Assembly (NCBI RefSeq): GCF_006345805.1
Contig: NC_043014.1
Location: 54,188,001 to 54,252,000 of the forward strand
From: Octopus sinensis
Lineage: Eukaryota
Direction of reading: 5' to 3'
DNA: 64,000 nt
Each line of letters begins with the position of its first letter. Position 1 is the first letter of the stretch. Below the pieces are notes generated by a model. The model was not told the DNA's origin. It made no database searches and saw nothing but the letters and a program-made list of their open reading frames with translations. Of the stretch, positions 52,417 to 64,000 are shown one piece after another. The position numbers and the translations under genes are program-made.

Positions 52417-52818
52417 AGACGGTGGGGATGTTATGACAGTTGAAAGAGCCAATTGGGTGAGATACTTGGCCACAAGGGCTGTACTTCACTGCTGAGGAAA
52501 AGCCAAATGTAGTAAGATTTGAAATCTAAATTGATGAAACTAAAGAACACTAAAAAATTCCGTCCGAAACCATCGACTTCAAACTCCCATATATTTTGTT
52601 TTATTTATGATAAAATGACAGCCCCCCCCCCTGCTTCATATCAAAATATTTTCTTTTGTTAATGTTTTATTCATGTCCTGGAAAATGAATTCCTGGGTTC
52701 AAATTCCAGCTGTAACACTGTACCAAACACATCATGACAACCAACCTTTCATTATTGTTGGTTGGTCAGTATAAAGTAGGGACCTCAAACAACCCCAAAA
52801 GGACTATTTAACCCTTTA

Positions 52819-53409
52819 CTATTCAAACCAGTCAGGTCTGACCCAGTTTTGTGCAAACTGACCACACCTGGCTTCTCACACCTGACCAACATTATTGTTC
52901 TGAAAGTAAACAATCACATCCTTGAAATCTCAAAGCTATGAGAAGATACTCTTTTATTCTTTTACTTGTTTCAGTCATTTGACTGCGGCCATGCTGGAGC
53001 ACCGCCTTTAATTGAGCAACTCGACCCCGGGACTTATTCTTTTGTAAGCCCAGTACTTATTCTATTGGTCTCTTTTGCCGAACCGCTAAGTAATGGGGAC
53101 GTAAACACATCAGCATCGGTTGTCAAGCAATGCTAGGGGACTAACACAGACACACAAACACACACATGCATATATATATATTTCAGTTTCCGTCTACCAA
53201 ATCCACTCACAAGGCTTTGGTCAGCCCGAGGCTATAGCTGAAGACACTTGCCCAAGATGCCATGCAGTGGGACTGAACCCGGAACCATGTGGTTGGTAAA
53301 CAAGCTACTTACCACACAGCCACTCCTGCGCCGATAGTTCATGATTAATTGAAAACAATTTGAATAAATAAGCATTGTGTGTTTGGGAGAGAAATCTGGA
53401 TGTGAAAGG
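52819..53409. mobile_element. Family G MITE in reverse orientation, interrupted by SINE A (52947-53331)
   Basis: TTAA|CCCTTT and AAAGGG|TTAA ends. The pieces on both sides of the SINE match the reverse complement of family G. Confidence 0.65.
52947..53331 (-). mobile_element. SINE family A (G4 intron 1, inside a MITE)
   Basis: Reverse complement of family A, with a possible GATA target duplication. Confidence 0.9.
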
Positions 53410-54540
53410 GTTAAATGTTGAGCCAACTTGAAAGAATCTCCATATTGTTGCAACATCAGAAACAATTTTCACCAGAAAGGACAACAACCAGGGTCAACCC
53501 TGGTCAAGCATTCCATGACCAAACAATACGTCCAGGAAAACTACATTGTTCAATGAGTTCTTCATATTTTAGGATGGTAAAATATGGCTTGAAAGTGAAT
53601 TGTGTTGCTATATCTAGCAGGCAGAGTGACCATGTAGAACCATTTGGAAGGAATTTGTTGAGTTGGCTGTAAAATTGGCACCGAAACTATATTTTGAGCC
53701 GAGTAATTCATATCCATCCGTCCATCCGTTCATTTCTTCCACCCACTTTTCCTGAGAGAGTCATTGGAAGTAGCGGGGGAGGGGTCCTCAGACACCACCT
53801 CCATAGCCTCCGACCAGAAGCAATCATTATGCTTTTTGGCTGGATTCCCAGCTTGACCAACTGAGACTATGGATAATAATCCAACCATCTCAGACTTGAC
53901 CTCACCCATGGTCCCCTGCCAGTTGGCTCAACTGCAAGAATCCATTTTTTCCTGCAGTAAAAATTTTTTTAAAAGTATTTTACTAATGTCATGAGCTTCC
54001 GACTCCAGAGCCACTGGGAACCAAAACCACATCATCATTCACCCCTCCAGGGTCACTAAAGGAATTACCAGTTACATAATAAGGACAATTCCAAAGACAT
54101 TAATTCCTCTCTCTCTCTTTCTCTCTGCCCCACCTCATCTTCAAAAGGAATTTCACATGTTAAAAAACCCAAAAACCCCGAAACCCAGTCACCTTGTATT
54201 TGTATGTTTACATTTGTTGCAAAGATATTTGGATGTGAAGAAGAGATCTTGTGTTGATTTAAGGAGAAAAATAAGAAAATTCTTCCAGAAATTTCCATTA
54301 AAAACAGAATGAGGAGAGGGAGTTCATCAAAGCCAATTATAAAGGCATTAGAGAGAGACGGGGGAGTGAGAGAAGGTGGGGTGAGAAGAGGGTGGGATAA
54401 AGTTGGGTCAGAGAAGGGATGTTTGAGGTCCATCTCCCTACCAGTTAGTCACACACACACATATACAGAAAGAGAAAATGAAAGAGATGTGTGTATATGA
54501 TGATAATGATATACACACACACACACACAACCTCCAACCC

Positions 54541-54578
<38 letters not shown>

Positions 54579-55254
54579 TTTGCATTTCTTAAAAATTCAG
54601 CCTGAAAACAAAAATATATATAAAAAAAAGCCTCCACCACACAACACAGACCCCCCACCACCACTCCTGTTTGCTGAAATAGCAAAGAGAGGGTAGGGTG
54701 GGGTTCAGGGGAATAGATAAAACATCAAAGTGATGATTTAGAGTCGGGCGGGGAGGGGGCGGGCTCTCCTCCCACCCCAATGCCCCCTCCCCCATTTTTC
54801 TCTCTCTTAATATTTATAGTCTGGGTGGGAGGAGGAGGGAGGAACAGAACTGTTAAATGTGATCTCTCAATGTCCAAATATCAGAGCCATTGTCTTATGT
54901 AGGGCAGAGAACATAAGCAGACTCGGGTTACTTCCAGTCTAATCAGGTTAGTGTCATCATAACTCAATAACACCCCCAACCCACCCACAGATGAAATTCA
55001 ATTAATTAATAACATAATTAGTGAAAAGGTCATCCTCTTCAGTGAAGTTGCTGCCACTGCAATTACTTTAATTATAATTCTTTCTAATTTTGGCACAAGG
55101 GCAGTGATTTTGAGGGGAGGGGGAAGTCAACTAAGTCCACTACAGCAACTCCCAGTGCCCTTGAAAGGATGGAAACCAAACATCAGCAGGAATTAAACTG
55201 AGAATGGAAAGTGCTGGAAGAAAGGCCGCAGACCATATGTATATTTGAATATTT

Positions 55255-55445
55255 ATTAGGGGCCAGGTTCTACGTAAAAAGCACCCAGTACACTCTGTAA
55301 AGTAGTTGGCATAAGGAAGGGCCTCCAGCTGCAGAAACCAGGCCAAAACAGACAATGGAACCTGGTGTGGCACTTGTCCTTGTCAGCTCCTGTCACACTG
55401 TCCAACCCATGCCAGCCATGGAAAATGGACTTTAAATGATAACAA
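55255..55445 (+). mobile_element. Older RTE 3' UTR fragment
   Basis: aaaaagcaccc...ggaagggcctccagctg...tccaacccatgccagccatggaaaatggac. Confidence 0.7.
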
Positions 55446-55483
55446 CACACACAGAGGAGCAAGTTTTTTTTTCTACAGCCAAT

Positions 55484-55881
55484 GCACAGGAGTGGCTGTG
55501 TGGTAAGTAGCTTGTTTACCAACCACATGGTTCCGGGTTCAGTCCCACTGCATGGCACCTTGGGCAAGTGTCTTCTACTATAGCCTCGAGCCGACCAATG
55601 CCTTGCGAGTGGATTTGGTAGATGGAAACTGAAAGAAGCCCGTCGTATATATATATATATATATATATACACGCGTGTGTGTGTTTGTCCCCCTAGCATT
55701 GCTTGACAACTGATGCTGGTGTGTTTATGTACCCATTACTTAACGGTTCGGCAAAAGAGACCGATAGAATAAGTACTGGGCTTACAAAAGAATAAGTCCC
55801 GGGGTCGAGTTGCTCGATTAAATGCGGTGCTCCAGCATGGCCTCAGTCAAATGACTGAAACAAGTAAAAGAGTAAAGAGTA
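55484..55881 (+). mobile_element. SINE family A (G4 intron 1)
   Basis: Full-length family A. Confidence 0.9.
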
Positions 55882-56348
55882 AATGCTCTTTCTGTGGCCA
55901 GTCCTCACCTGTTTCCAAGCAAGCCAATATCTTCCCTAGTTCTTTGAGCCTGGCTCAATGGCCATAGGTTTTCAAAGATTCTAGACAAATAACAATTTTT
56001 ATATGAATGCTGACTATTTAGAGTCAGCATGCAATTCTCAAAGAAGCACACACACACACACAACAGGCTGCTCTACAGTTTCCCTCAAGGCTTTTGGTTT
56101 CAGATAAATTACAAGATTCAACTGCTAATACTACCAGGTCAGTCAACCTCAGACTGGCCTCCTCTCTTTGGTTCAAGTTAATGCTTAGGTGAAATAAAGA
56201 GATGGATGGAGGAGGGGGACTTTATATGATTTTGGAAAAAGAAAAATTCTCAAGAACTTAAAAAAAGAATCAAAAACTGCCTCATCCATCCTGAGCTAAG
56301 TGGTTGGGAAAGAGTTTTAAAAGAACCCATTTCTTTGGAGAGGTTTAA

Positions 56349-56567
56349 CCCTTTAGTGTTCTGATTATTCTATCAAACATAATGCTTATTGATTCCCATT
56401 GATTTGAATTAATCATGCATTATCTCATATCTTCAAGATCTTGATGGTGTAATTACTTAACGTAGAATAACATTGTAGGGTAGGTGTGAGAGCCTGGATC
56501 TGGTCAGTTTGAACATAAAACAGATTAAATATTTTGGCCGGATATGGCCGGTTTAAATACTAAAGGG
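56349..56567. mobile_element. piggyBac-type MITE, family G (G4 intron 1)
   Basis: TTAA|CCCTTTAG...CTAAAGGG|TTAA, 219 bp, homologous to 15512-15730. Confidence 0.85.
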
Positions 56568-56594
56568 TTAAGGAATCAAAATGGTTTTACTTAC

Positions 56595-56700
56595 CACAGT
56601 GAATCTTTGGATTCCCAGCTAATGTTGCGATGATTACTGAGAGAATGAACATCAATGTCGCAAACACAATGGCGAAAAGACGAATGTAGTTTTGCCTCAT
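56595..56700 (-). CDS. G4 coding exon 1 (TM1: MRQNYIRLFAIVFATLMFILSVIIATLAGNPKIHC-G)
   Basis: ATG at 56700 lies 5 nt after a possible acceptor (ttccag|gcaag, exon start 56705), which implies an unlocated 5' UTR exon. The exon encodes a hydrophobic helix and ends in G|GTAAGT, a phase-1 donor matching the phase-1 acceptor of the next exon. Confidence 0.8.
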
Positions 56701-57110
56701 CTTGCCTGGAAAAATACAAGAATAAAATTGACAACAAAAGGAAAAACAAACAGAACAACAGCTGCAATCTACATACAACAACTTACGGACTTAAATAAGA
56801 TTGTAAATATTATGGTTTACCAACAGCAAACATTCATCTTATAAGGCTACCAATGGTTTCATGTAAAGAGATTCTTTACAGTTGTTTAAGCATCCGTCTC
56901 CAAAATGGAGACAAATACCAACAGTCCCATGTAGTATGCTTGGACAATTGGTAAAGAGGCTCTTTACAGGAAACCATTGGTAGCTTTGTTAATCCACAAA
57001 CAAAGAAAAAGCATTCAGTACACTGAAGTAATTGTCATTAGGAAGAGTCTCTGGCTGTACAAAAATTATAGCAAGTCCCCAGCCGTCCTAGGGTAGTATG
57101 GAATAAACTT

Positions 57111-57147
<37 letters not shown>

Positions 57148-57203
57148 TAGCCAGCAATAGTCCACGGCCAAAGAAAAACAGGCTGATTCTCACACATAAA
57201 TAT

Positions 57204-57249
<46 letters not shown>

Positions 57250-57961
57250 CATCTCATTTAACGCCCATTTTCCGACACAAAGAGATAGAATGGGTAGAAG
57301 AGGGAAAGGGAGAGTAAGAGAAGAGAGACATGGAGAGAGAGGAGAGAGATACACACAACATGAAAACCTTTTGTAATTCCAACCTACTAAGTGTCTGTGT
57401 GTGTGTGGGGGGGGGTACATAATTTTTCCCAAGAAATCTTTGTATAAAATTAACTCCCCCAAACAATAGCTGTTGTGATTTACAATTATTTGTCTGGCGT
57501 TGATTAAAAACTAGGTTAATCATGATAATTACATTGAGTAACATTAGGCATAATTCCATTTATGAAATTAACAAGACAAAAATAGTGGCAGCGAGGTTCT
57601 TGTGTTGGATTTTAGAGAACATGGTCCTAAGTTCCATCTTTGGTGTTGCTCTGCTGAGAGAAATTACACAAATCAAGGCCTCTGCCTTCCTAACCTGGCT
57701 AAGCTGAGTGAGAAACTGGTTCCACAGGGGGAACCTGCTTGTGGTCAATATAAACAGATCCACTAGAAATAGCTGACAATTACCCCAAACAGCAAAGAAG
57801 AGTTCCTGCAGCCTGGGTGGGTGGGGGGAGTGACAACGAAAGCAAAACACCAAGGCAGGTCAGGTAGGCACCTGATTAGGGGACATCTAGTGTAGAGGAT
57901 AGGGGATGTGTGTTAGGAAGCTGGTAGGGGTTAGCCTGAGAAAGGAGACAATATAAGTAAC

Positions 57962-58002
<41 letters not shown>

Positions 58003-60224
58003 TTTTGAAGATATGTTATGTGTAAAAGAGATAAAACTAGTTGTTCATGGAATTAGGATATATTCCACAGACATTTGAGCAATTAACATAATCCTGAGAA
58101 TCCGTTTGATGGAACTGGGCCTTTGAATTACAGGAACAGCTCCCAAAGACATTCTCACAGAGTTTCTGACAACTCAATTTCTCTTACAAGAAGAGAAGAT
58201 AGAAGACATTCAAGGAACTGTGCAATGAAACTGAACTCAGAACCTTGTGATTGGGAAGCAGGCTTCTTAACCACGTGTGTGCGTGCGCATGCACATGCAC
58301 GTGCCCATACATGCGTGCACACAGGTAGCTTCTATATAGGATCTTGGTTTGCTCAGTCAGGCCTGATTTGGGTCTGAACAGCACCACACATACCTCCACC
58401 CAATGAGGGAACCTCTATAAAAGGTTGCTCAACTCAATGCAAATAACCCCAAACTGCTTTCAAGTGGCACCACCATTGTCATTATTGTTCCAATGTCCAC
58501 TTTTTGCGTGGGTCAACCTGAATTCATTGAGGGATTTTCTACAGCCAGATGTCCTTTCTGCCATCGACATTCACCTTGGCCAGACAGGTTTTTTATGGAA
58601 GATGGAAAACAAACAACACCACTTGTATGATGTTAATGCTTGCTTTAACTAACATGTGATGGCAAGAGGGGAGACACACACACATAGGCTTCTTTCAGTT
58701 TCCATCAACCATGTTCACACACAAGGACCTGGTCAGTTGAAGATTATAATAGAAAACACTTGCCCAAGGTGCCATGTAATGAAACGGAACCTAAAACCAT
58801 GTGGTTTGGAAGTAAACTTAACCACACAGCAATCTATGAGTCTCCTTACTATTTTTTAACAAAAAAAAAAGACAGAAAAAGAAAACACCGAATATAAAAA
58901 AAAAATGAAACCATCATGGCCAGAATGCTTCTGATCCTGGACCTCATTAAGGGTTACCCTGGGGTCTAAACAAGTAATGCTGGATTCAGTCATAAATACT
59001 CAAACCTCAAGAGAAGGAAGGTGTAATCATGACTGAAATACCTGTCCAGTCACAACTGACCTGGGGCTAAACGATAATCGCAACACCATAAGGGTCCCCA
59101 AGGGCCTAATTTCACACCAATCCTAAATAAATGAGGCCATGGCGCCGTATAGTCATTTGTTTATTCATAATTTCTGGTATATTTGTGAGACTCTAGAAAA
59201 AACTCATTGGCTGTCCATCATCAGCCATGTCCCAATGGGCAAACGAGTGATGTGCCTAAGCACATCACTCATTTACATTTTTAATAAGTAACCTTCAGCT
59301 TTCAGTCCTCAGCATCTGGGGAGAGGGGGGAGGGGGAAACACGGAAGAGCTGTTAAATGACAAATGGAGCTGGGTGGTTCCATCCTCACTCCAAGTTGCT
59401 AAAAGTACCTCACGCACATCCATCTATGTATGTGTGTGTGTGTGTGGAGAGAGAGAGAGAGAGAGTGTGAGAGAGAGAGAGAAGGCGAAGAGAGAGAGAG
59501 AGAGAGAGAGGGCGAGAGAAGGGCAATGAGAGAGAGAGACAAGGCGAAAGAGAGAAAGAGAGAAGGCAAAAGAGAAAGAGAGGGCGAGAGAAGGGGCATG
59601 AGAGAGAGAGCGTGAGAGAAAGAGAGAAAAAAAGAGAGAGTGCTATATCTCATGAGTTCATTTAGCATCTGTTTTCTATGCTGTCATGGGTTGGATGGGT
59701 TTAATAGAATTATGGCAAGCCAGAGGGCTGCATGAAGCACCAGTGTCAGTTTGGGGGTGGATGTACGCACGAGGGAGAGAGAGAGAGAGAGAGAGAAAGG
59801 GTTTAGAAACCTGGTATTTATGTGTTACATTATGAAATTGTGAAACGAGAGCAATGTAAACAAAGAAGTGAAGAAGCATCTGTCGGCTGAAGGAGATGAA
59901 ACAGAAAAAAGGCTGACATTCAGCTGAAAAATCGGTGGCAGAAGATTATTAGAAGGATTCGGTGGAGAAGAGAGAGATTCTAGGGGCTAACATTTGGTTA
60001 CCTATTGACCCCAGACACTCAGTAAAGACAGCGGCCTTTAAAACTCACACCCTAACACACAGACATAAACACCACATATGGATGCACTAATAACCATAAC
60101 AGACTTACACCCACATGCATTCTCATACACACACACAGACTCATCTAGCACCATAGTAACATACATATACACGAGAGCCAAGGAAGAAGGATGTGATGGG
60201 GTGGGGATTCAATGCAGATACTCG

Positions 60225-60410
60225 ACCTGCCAAAAATAGCAGCCAAGTCTTCCTTGAATTACCATTCCACAGTAGTTTAAAAAAAAAGGGGAACATTGGA
60301 TTATGTAGCCCTAGATATACTGTGTCTGAATAAAAGACAGGAAGGTCACAGTTGGAGTGTCTTATCATAGGTTTCCTTGATCAGGGTTGGCCTGGAAGTA
60401 GACAACGTAT
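60225..60410 (+). repeat. Old dispersed repeat family H (representative copy)
   Basis: The modules ctagaaatagcagccaaatctcc... and ...ggtcatggctggaatg...ctggggctaaacaac recur, degenerately, near 3890 (rc), 9520 (rc), 10020 (rc), 11120, 35413, 35521, 35931, 45205-45380, 53480 (rc), 59040 and 61550 (rc). Confidence 0.6.
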
Positions 60411-62004
60411 GCACCGCCGCCAACATACATACACGTGTGCGTATATAAGTAGAGACATCCATTATGTGGAAGGTCTGTCGAAAAAGGTCCCACATGGAGT
60501 TGGTGGAGACTGCTTTGACAGATACACATGCAGACACAAGCACACACACACACACACACACACTGTAAGCAGGCACAACCTAAACCCAATTACAATTTGG
60601 CAAACACACACACACACACACACACATGAAACATGCACACACTGACACAAATTACACTGACCTCCCCCCTTCTCCTCCCCTAAAGGAAGGACAGTCATTA
60701 CCTAGGTAGGGAGGGGTGATGAGGGATGTTGTCAGCGGTGGAGGAGGGTGTGTGTGGTGGGGGGTGTATATGGGGGGGTAGTCTACCCAACTGCACCCTC
60801 CCCGCCAAATGCATCCCCCCCCGAAACCCCTCCCCTCAGAGGCTGACTGCAAATGTAAACAAAATCTATTAAATGATGTAGGATGGTGGAAAGCTGGGGG
60901 GGGGGTAAGTCGTGTGTGTGAATATAAGTGGGTCAGCTGAGACGAAGAAGAAGAAGAAGAAGAAGAGGACAAGGGGGTGAAAGGGGAGGGGGTGGTGGGG
61001 TTTGGGATTCTGCAAGATAATGAGGAGAGAAAGTAAGCAGAGATGTAATATATGGGATGGAGAAAGACAGCGAAGAATGTGGGGGTGGGTGGAGAGAGAG
61101 TAGGGGTTTATTACACACACACACACACACACACATACACATACATATACATATATATCAGTTACAAGAGAGAGAGAGAGAGACTGGGGGCAGAGTAAAA
61201 TAAAGGAAAAATTGCTAAAAATAGTATTAAATTAGGCAGATATTTGGTGGTGAGTGGCATGGATGAGGAGGGGGAAGAAGAAATAATAAATCTTGTTTTT
61301 ATATCATAATTATTGGGGACGGTGAGAGGGGGGGGGATGTCTTATTGAACAATGATAGGGATGTCCATGATGATGATGATGAGATGATGATGATGACCGA
61401 TATACATAGAGTCGGAAAATAAATGCCCCAGGGTAGAAGACATTAATTGGACCTGGGTATCAAGCTGAAAGGGTTTTGAGTTCAAAACTACTTGAGGAAT
61501 TCCCAGTGCAACATTTGGGCAGTGGATTCAAAATGCCTGTCATCACTGCTGTTGTTTAACCCTAGGTTCAACCCAGCCAAGCAGACCTTCAACCAAAAGC
61601 CTTCCAGTCATGACAACCCTGTTTGAATGCAGGCTTCTTTCTTTAAACCCTTTTGTTACCATATTTATGGTTGAAATACTCTGCCATTCTTTTGACTAAT
61701 TTTGAAAATAACAAAGAATTTAGTAAAATAATTGTCATCTTAATATAATTAGGCAGAATCGTTAACATCTCAGACAAAATGCTGTGGAATTTCTTCCTGC
61801 TTTACGTTCAGAGTTCAAATCACATTGCGGTTGAATTTGCCTTTCATCCTTTTCTTTTTTAGAGTCCAAGTTAGTCCCAGTTGAACACTGGGACTGATGT
61901 ACTCCACTTTCCCCTCCCCTCAAAATTACTGACTTAGTGTAAAGAATTAGAATTACTAAGCATAATACTAACTCAATTTTGAAATGAAATTCAGATCACT
62001 TTAA

Positions 62005-62226
62005 CCCTTTTGACACAAAAACCAGCCTGAGATTGCTCCTGGGCCTAATGATATAAGCTTTTTATTTTTTTGTGATCTAAATTAAAACTTTCCATCAAAA
62101 TTCAATGTTAATTTATGTTAATTTATGCTCCTAACACCGCATTAATAACGACCAAGTTACTTTACAAAATTCTTTGAAACAAAAGGTAAAGGATTTCAAA
62201 TGAAATATTCTAACAAAATGGTTAAA
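62005..62226. mobile_element. piggyBac-type MITE, third family (degenerate right end)
   Basis: Starts TTAA|CCCTTTTG. A partial relative lies at about 49380-49565. Confidence 0.5.
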
Positions 62227-63433
62227 AGAGGAAACATTACAGAAGTCAGGGTTGTCTCTAGTAGACTTGTATAAAATTGTTCCAACTTTTGGCAAAAGGC
62301 CAGCAGTTTTAGGAGAGGGGTATAGTCAGTTACAGTGGCTCCAGTACTATAACTGGTATTTTATTATATCAACCCCAAAAGGATGAAAGGCAAGATCAAC
62401 CAATGCAGGAATTGAACCCTAAGAGAAATTTTACAAGTCATTTTTCTGACGTGTAAGGGTTCTGCTAATGCACCAACCCTTTTATAATCCTTTCTCTTAG
62501 CAGCAAAAGGCCTGAAATTTTTTAAGCAGAGGGAACTAATTGTTTAGATTGACTTGACTGTTTTATTTCATTGACCCCAAAAGGATGAAAATCAAAGTCC
62601 ACCTTGGCAGAATCTGAGTCTGAAGACAGACAAAATGCTGTTAAGAAATCTGTCAGGAACACCAACAATTCTGCCAGCTTGCTGCCTTAACAGTGACAAT
62701 AATGGTAATAATAATATGTGCAGGCATGATTGGGTGGGACAAAAGCATGCTTAGCACTCTTGTGATTCTGGGTTCAATCCCACTGCATAGCACCTTGGGC
62801 AAGTATTTCTTACCAAATACCTTTAAGTGCTTTAATAGCACTGCTAACACAGGTAGGACAAAGTTTTCATTTATAAAGCTTTAACATACTTTGCAGTAGT
62901 ATCATAGGATTGCATAATGAGATCCAGGGTCCCTACCAGCAATTGATCCTCTCCCTACAGAACCAAGCCATATGAGGTGGGGGTGGGGGGCAGAGACTGG
63001 GTGGACACCTGTTAAACAGAGTGTACCTACTGCAATGTGGTAGACTTAATTCATCGGTCAGTTTAGCACAATCATCCAGGGCTTGGGTGTTTCTTTAGCA
63101 GAGGATCCACATTATTGCAAGCATCAGATCGAGTCTTATCTGAAGATAATCATGGTTCAAGGTTTTTCCCTCCTTTTCTTCTACCAATTTTAGAAACTCT
63201 ACAGAATGCAGTTCTTCCTCTTCTGACTCAGCCATAAAACAAAAACAGAGAAACTTCTTTCTAGTCCCAGGGTGGCAGCCAAACCATCATCTGCCAACTG
63301 GTCATTGCCCTTAATATGGAAACATGCCAAGGTTTTTGGTATCCATCTGAGACTACCTCTGGTTCGTAGGATATGAAACTTATTTTAAAGTGTTCGTATT
63401 TACATCAAAGTTTCCTCTCATAATTTTAATTAA

Positions 63434-63653
63434 CCCTTTCGTTAATATTATTTTGAGAGCTCTTGTGTTCTTTTAATTACTTTAAATATAACAAAAAATT
63501 TAGTAAAATAACTTAGTTATCATTCAGCTAGTGTAGGAACATAAATTGCGACTAAGGTTTGGTGGAAGATTTTAATTCAAAAACCTTATGAAAACAAGGA
63601 CATTTGTATACAAAGCCAGAGGCGTGTCAGCACCGGGTTGGTAATGAAAGGGG
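63434..63653. mobile_element. piggyBac-type MITE, second family
   Basis: TTAA|CCCTTTC...GAAAGGGG|TTAA, 220 bp. Confidence 0.75.
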
Positions 63654-64000
63654 TTAAGAACCTTTTGTCAAAATACGGTTTCAAAACTGCTAACGAGGAG
63701 GAACTCTTCAGAAAATTTCTTTAAAGAAGGAGAAAATTGGATGGGTCAGACATGTGACATGATGCCATGACACTGAACATTTAGGGAGTTTAGAGATGCA
63801 TGGATATCTCCTCCTCCTCCCTGTAAGAGAGGGATGGAGGAAAATTAGAAAGAGGGGGGGGATGAGTGATAAGAAGGAATGAAGAAGAATGAAGAGGAAG
63901 GAGCTGCCAGAAAATGTGAGAGATGAAGGTGGGAAGTTTGTGTCTTGCTTAAGCCGAGGATTTTGAGTGAATGCACCGTGTAAATTGAACTACATCCCTC

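Noticed and set aside
6033-56700. Calling the paralogues opsins, GPCRs or chemotactile receptors
   Set aside because: There are no DRY, NPxxY, opsin or Cys-loop motifs. The complete copy has about 8 helices and TspO-like motifs.
63095-63236. Short acidic minus frame MAESEEEELHSVEFLKLVEEK
   Set aside because: It is 46 codons, with no splice support and no recognised homology.

Overview
This is AT-rich, repeat-dense animal genomic DNA, not prokaryotic. The SINE, RTE and microsatellite content looks to me like an octopus (coleoid cephalopod) genome; that is recognition from memory, not a search result. The only host genes I can support are four divergent paralogues of one multi-pass membrane protein family with a TspO/MBR-like N-terminal half (S/TPAxxTFxIWxxYxW ... 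NxxWxxxF). One copy (G4, minus strand) has a complete three-exon coding model: 56700-56595, 50877-50505 and 46997-46544, 310 aa, about 8 TM helices. The other three (G1 6033-6826, G2 18857-19641, G3 33684-34474, plus strand) are single intact ~790-nt terminal exons. Each opens at the same phase-1 acceptor and lacks G4's second intron, and I could not find a TM1-encoding first exon in front of any of them. They may therefore be alternative last exons sharing a first exon outside the window, or their first exons may have escaped my scan. The rest is mobile DNA: several modular tRNA-derived SINE families, RTE LINE 3' ends, a DD37D (maT) Tc1/mariner relic with both TIRs, a mariner relic, non-autonomous Helitrons, TTAA-flanked piggyBac-type MITEs, foldback elements, and a Penelope-like inverted repeat containing a hammerhead-ribozyme-like motif. 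I found no rRNA, genuine tRNA gene or CRISPR array. Most ORFs in the supplied track are artefacts of SINEs and microsatellites. Gene and TIR/TSD coordinates were counted base by base; other repeat boundaries are approximate.
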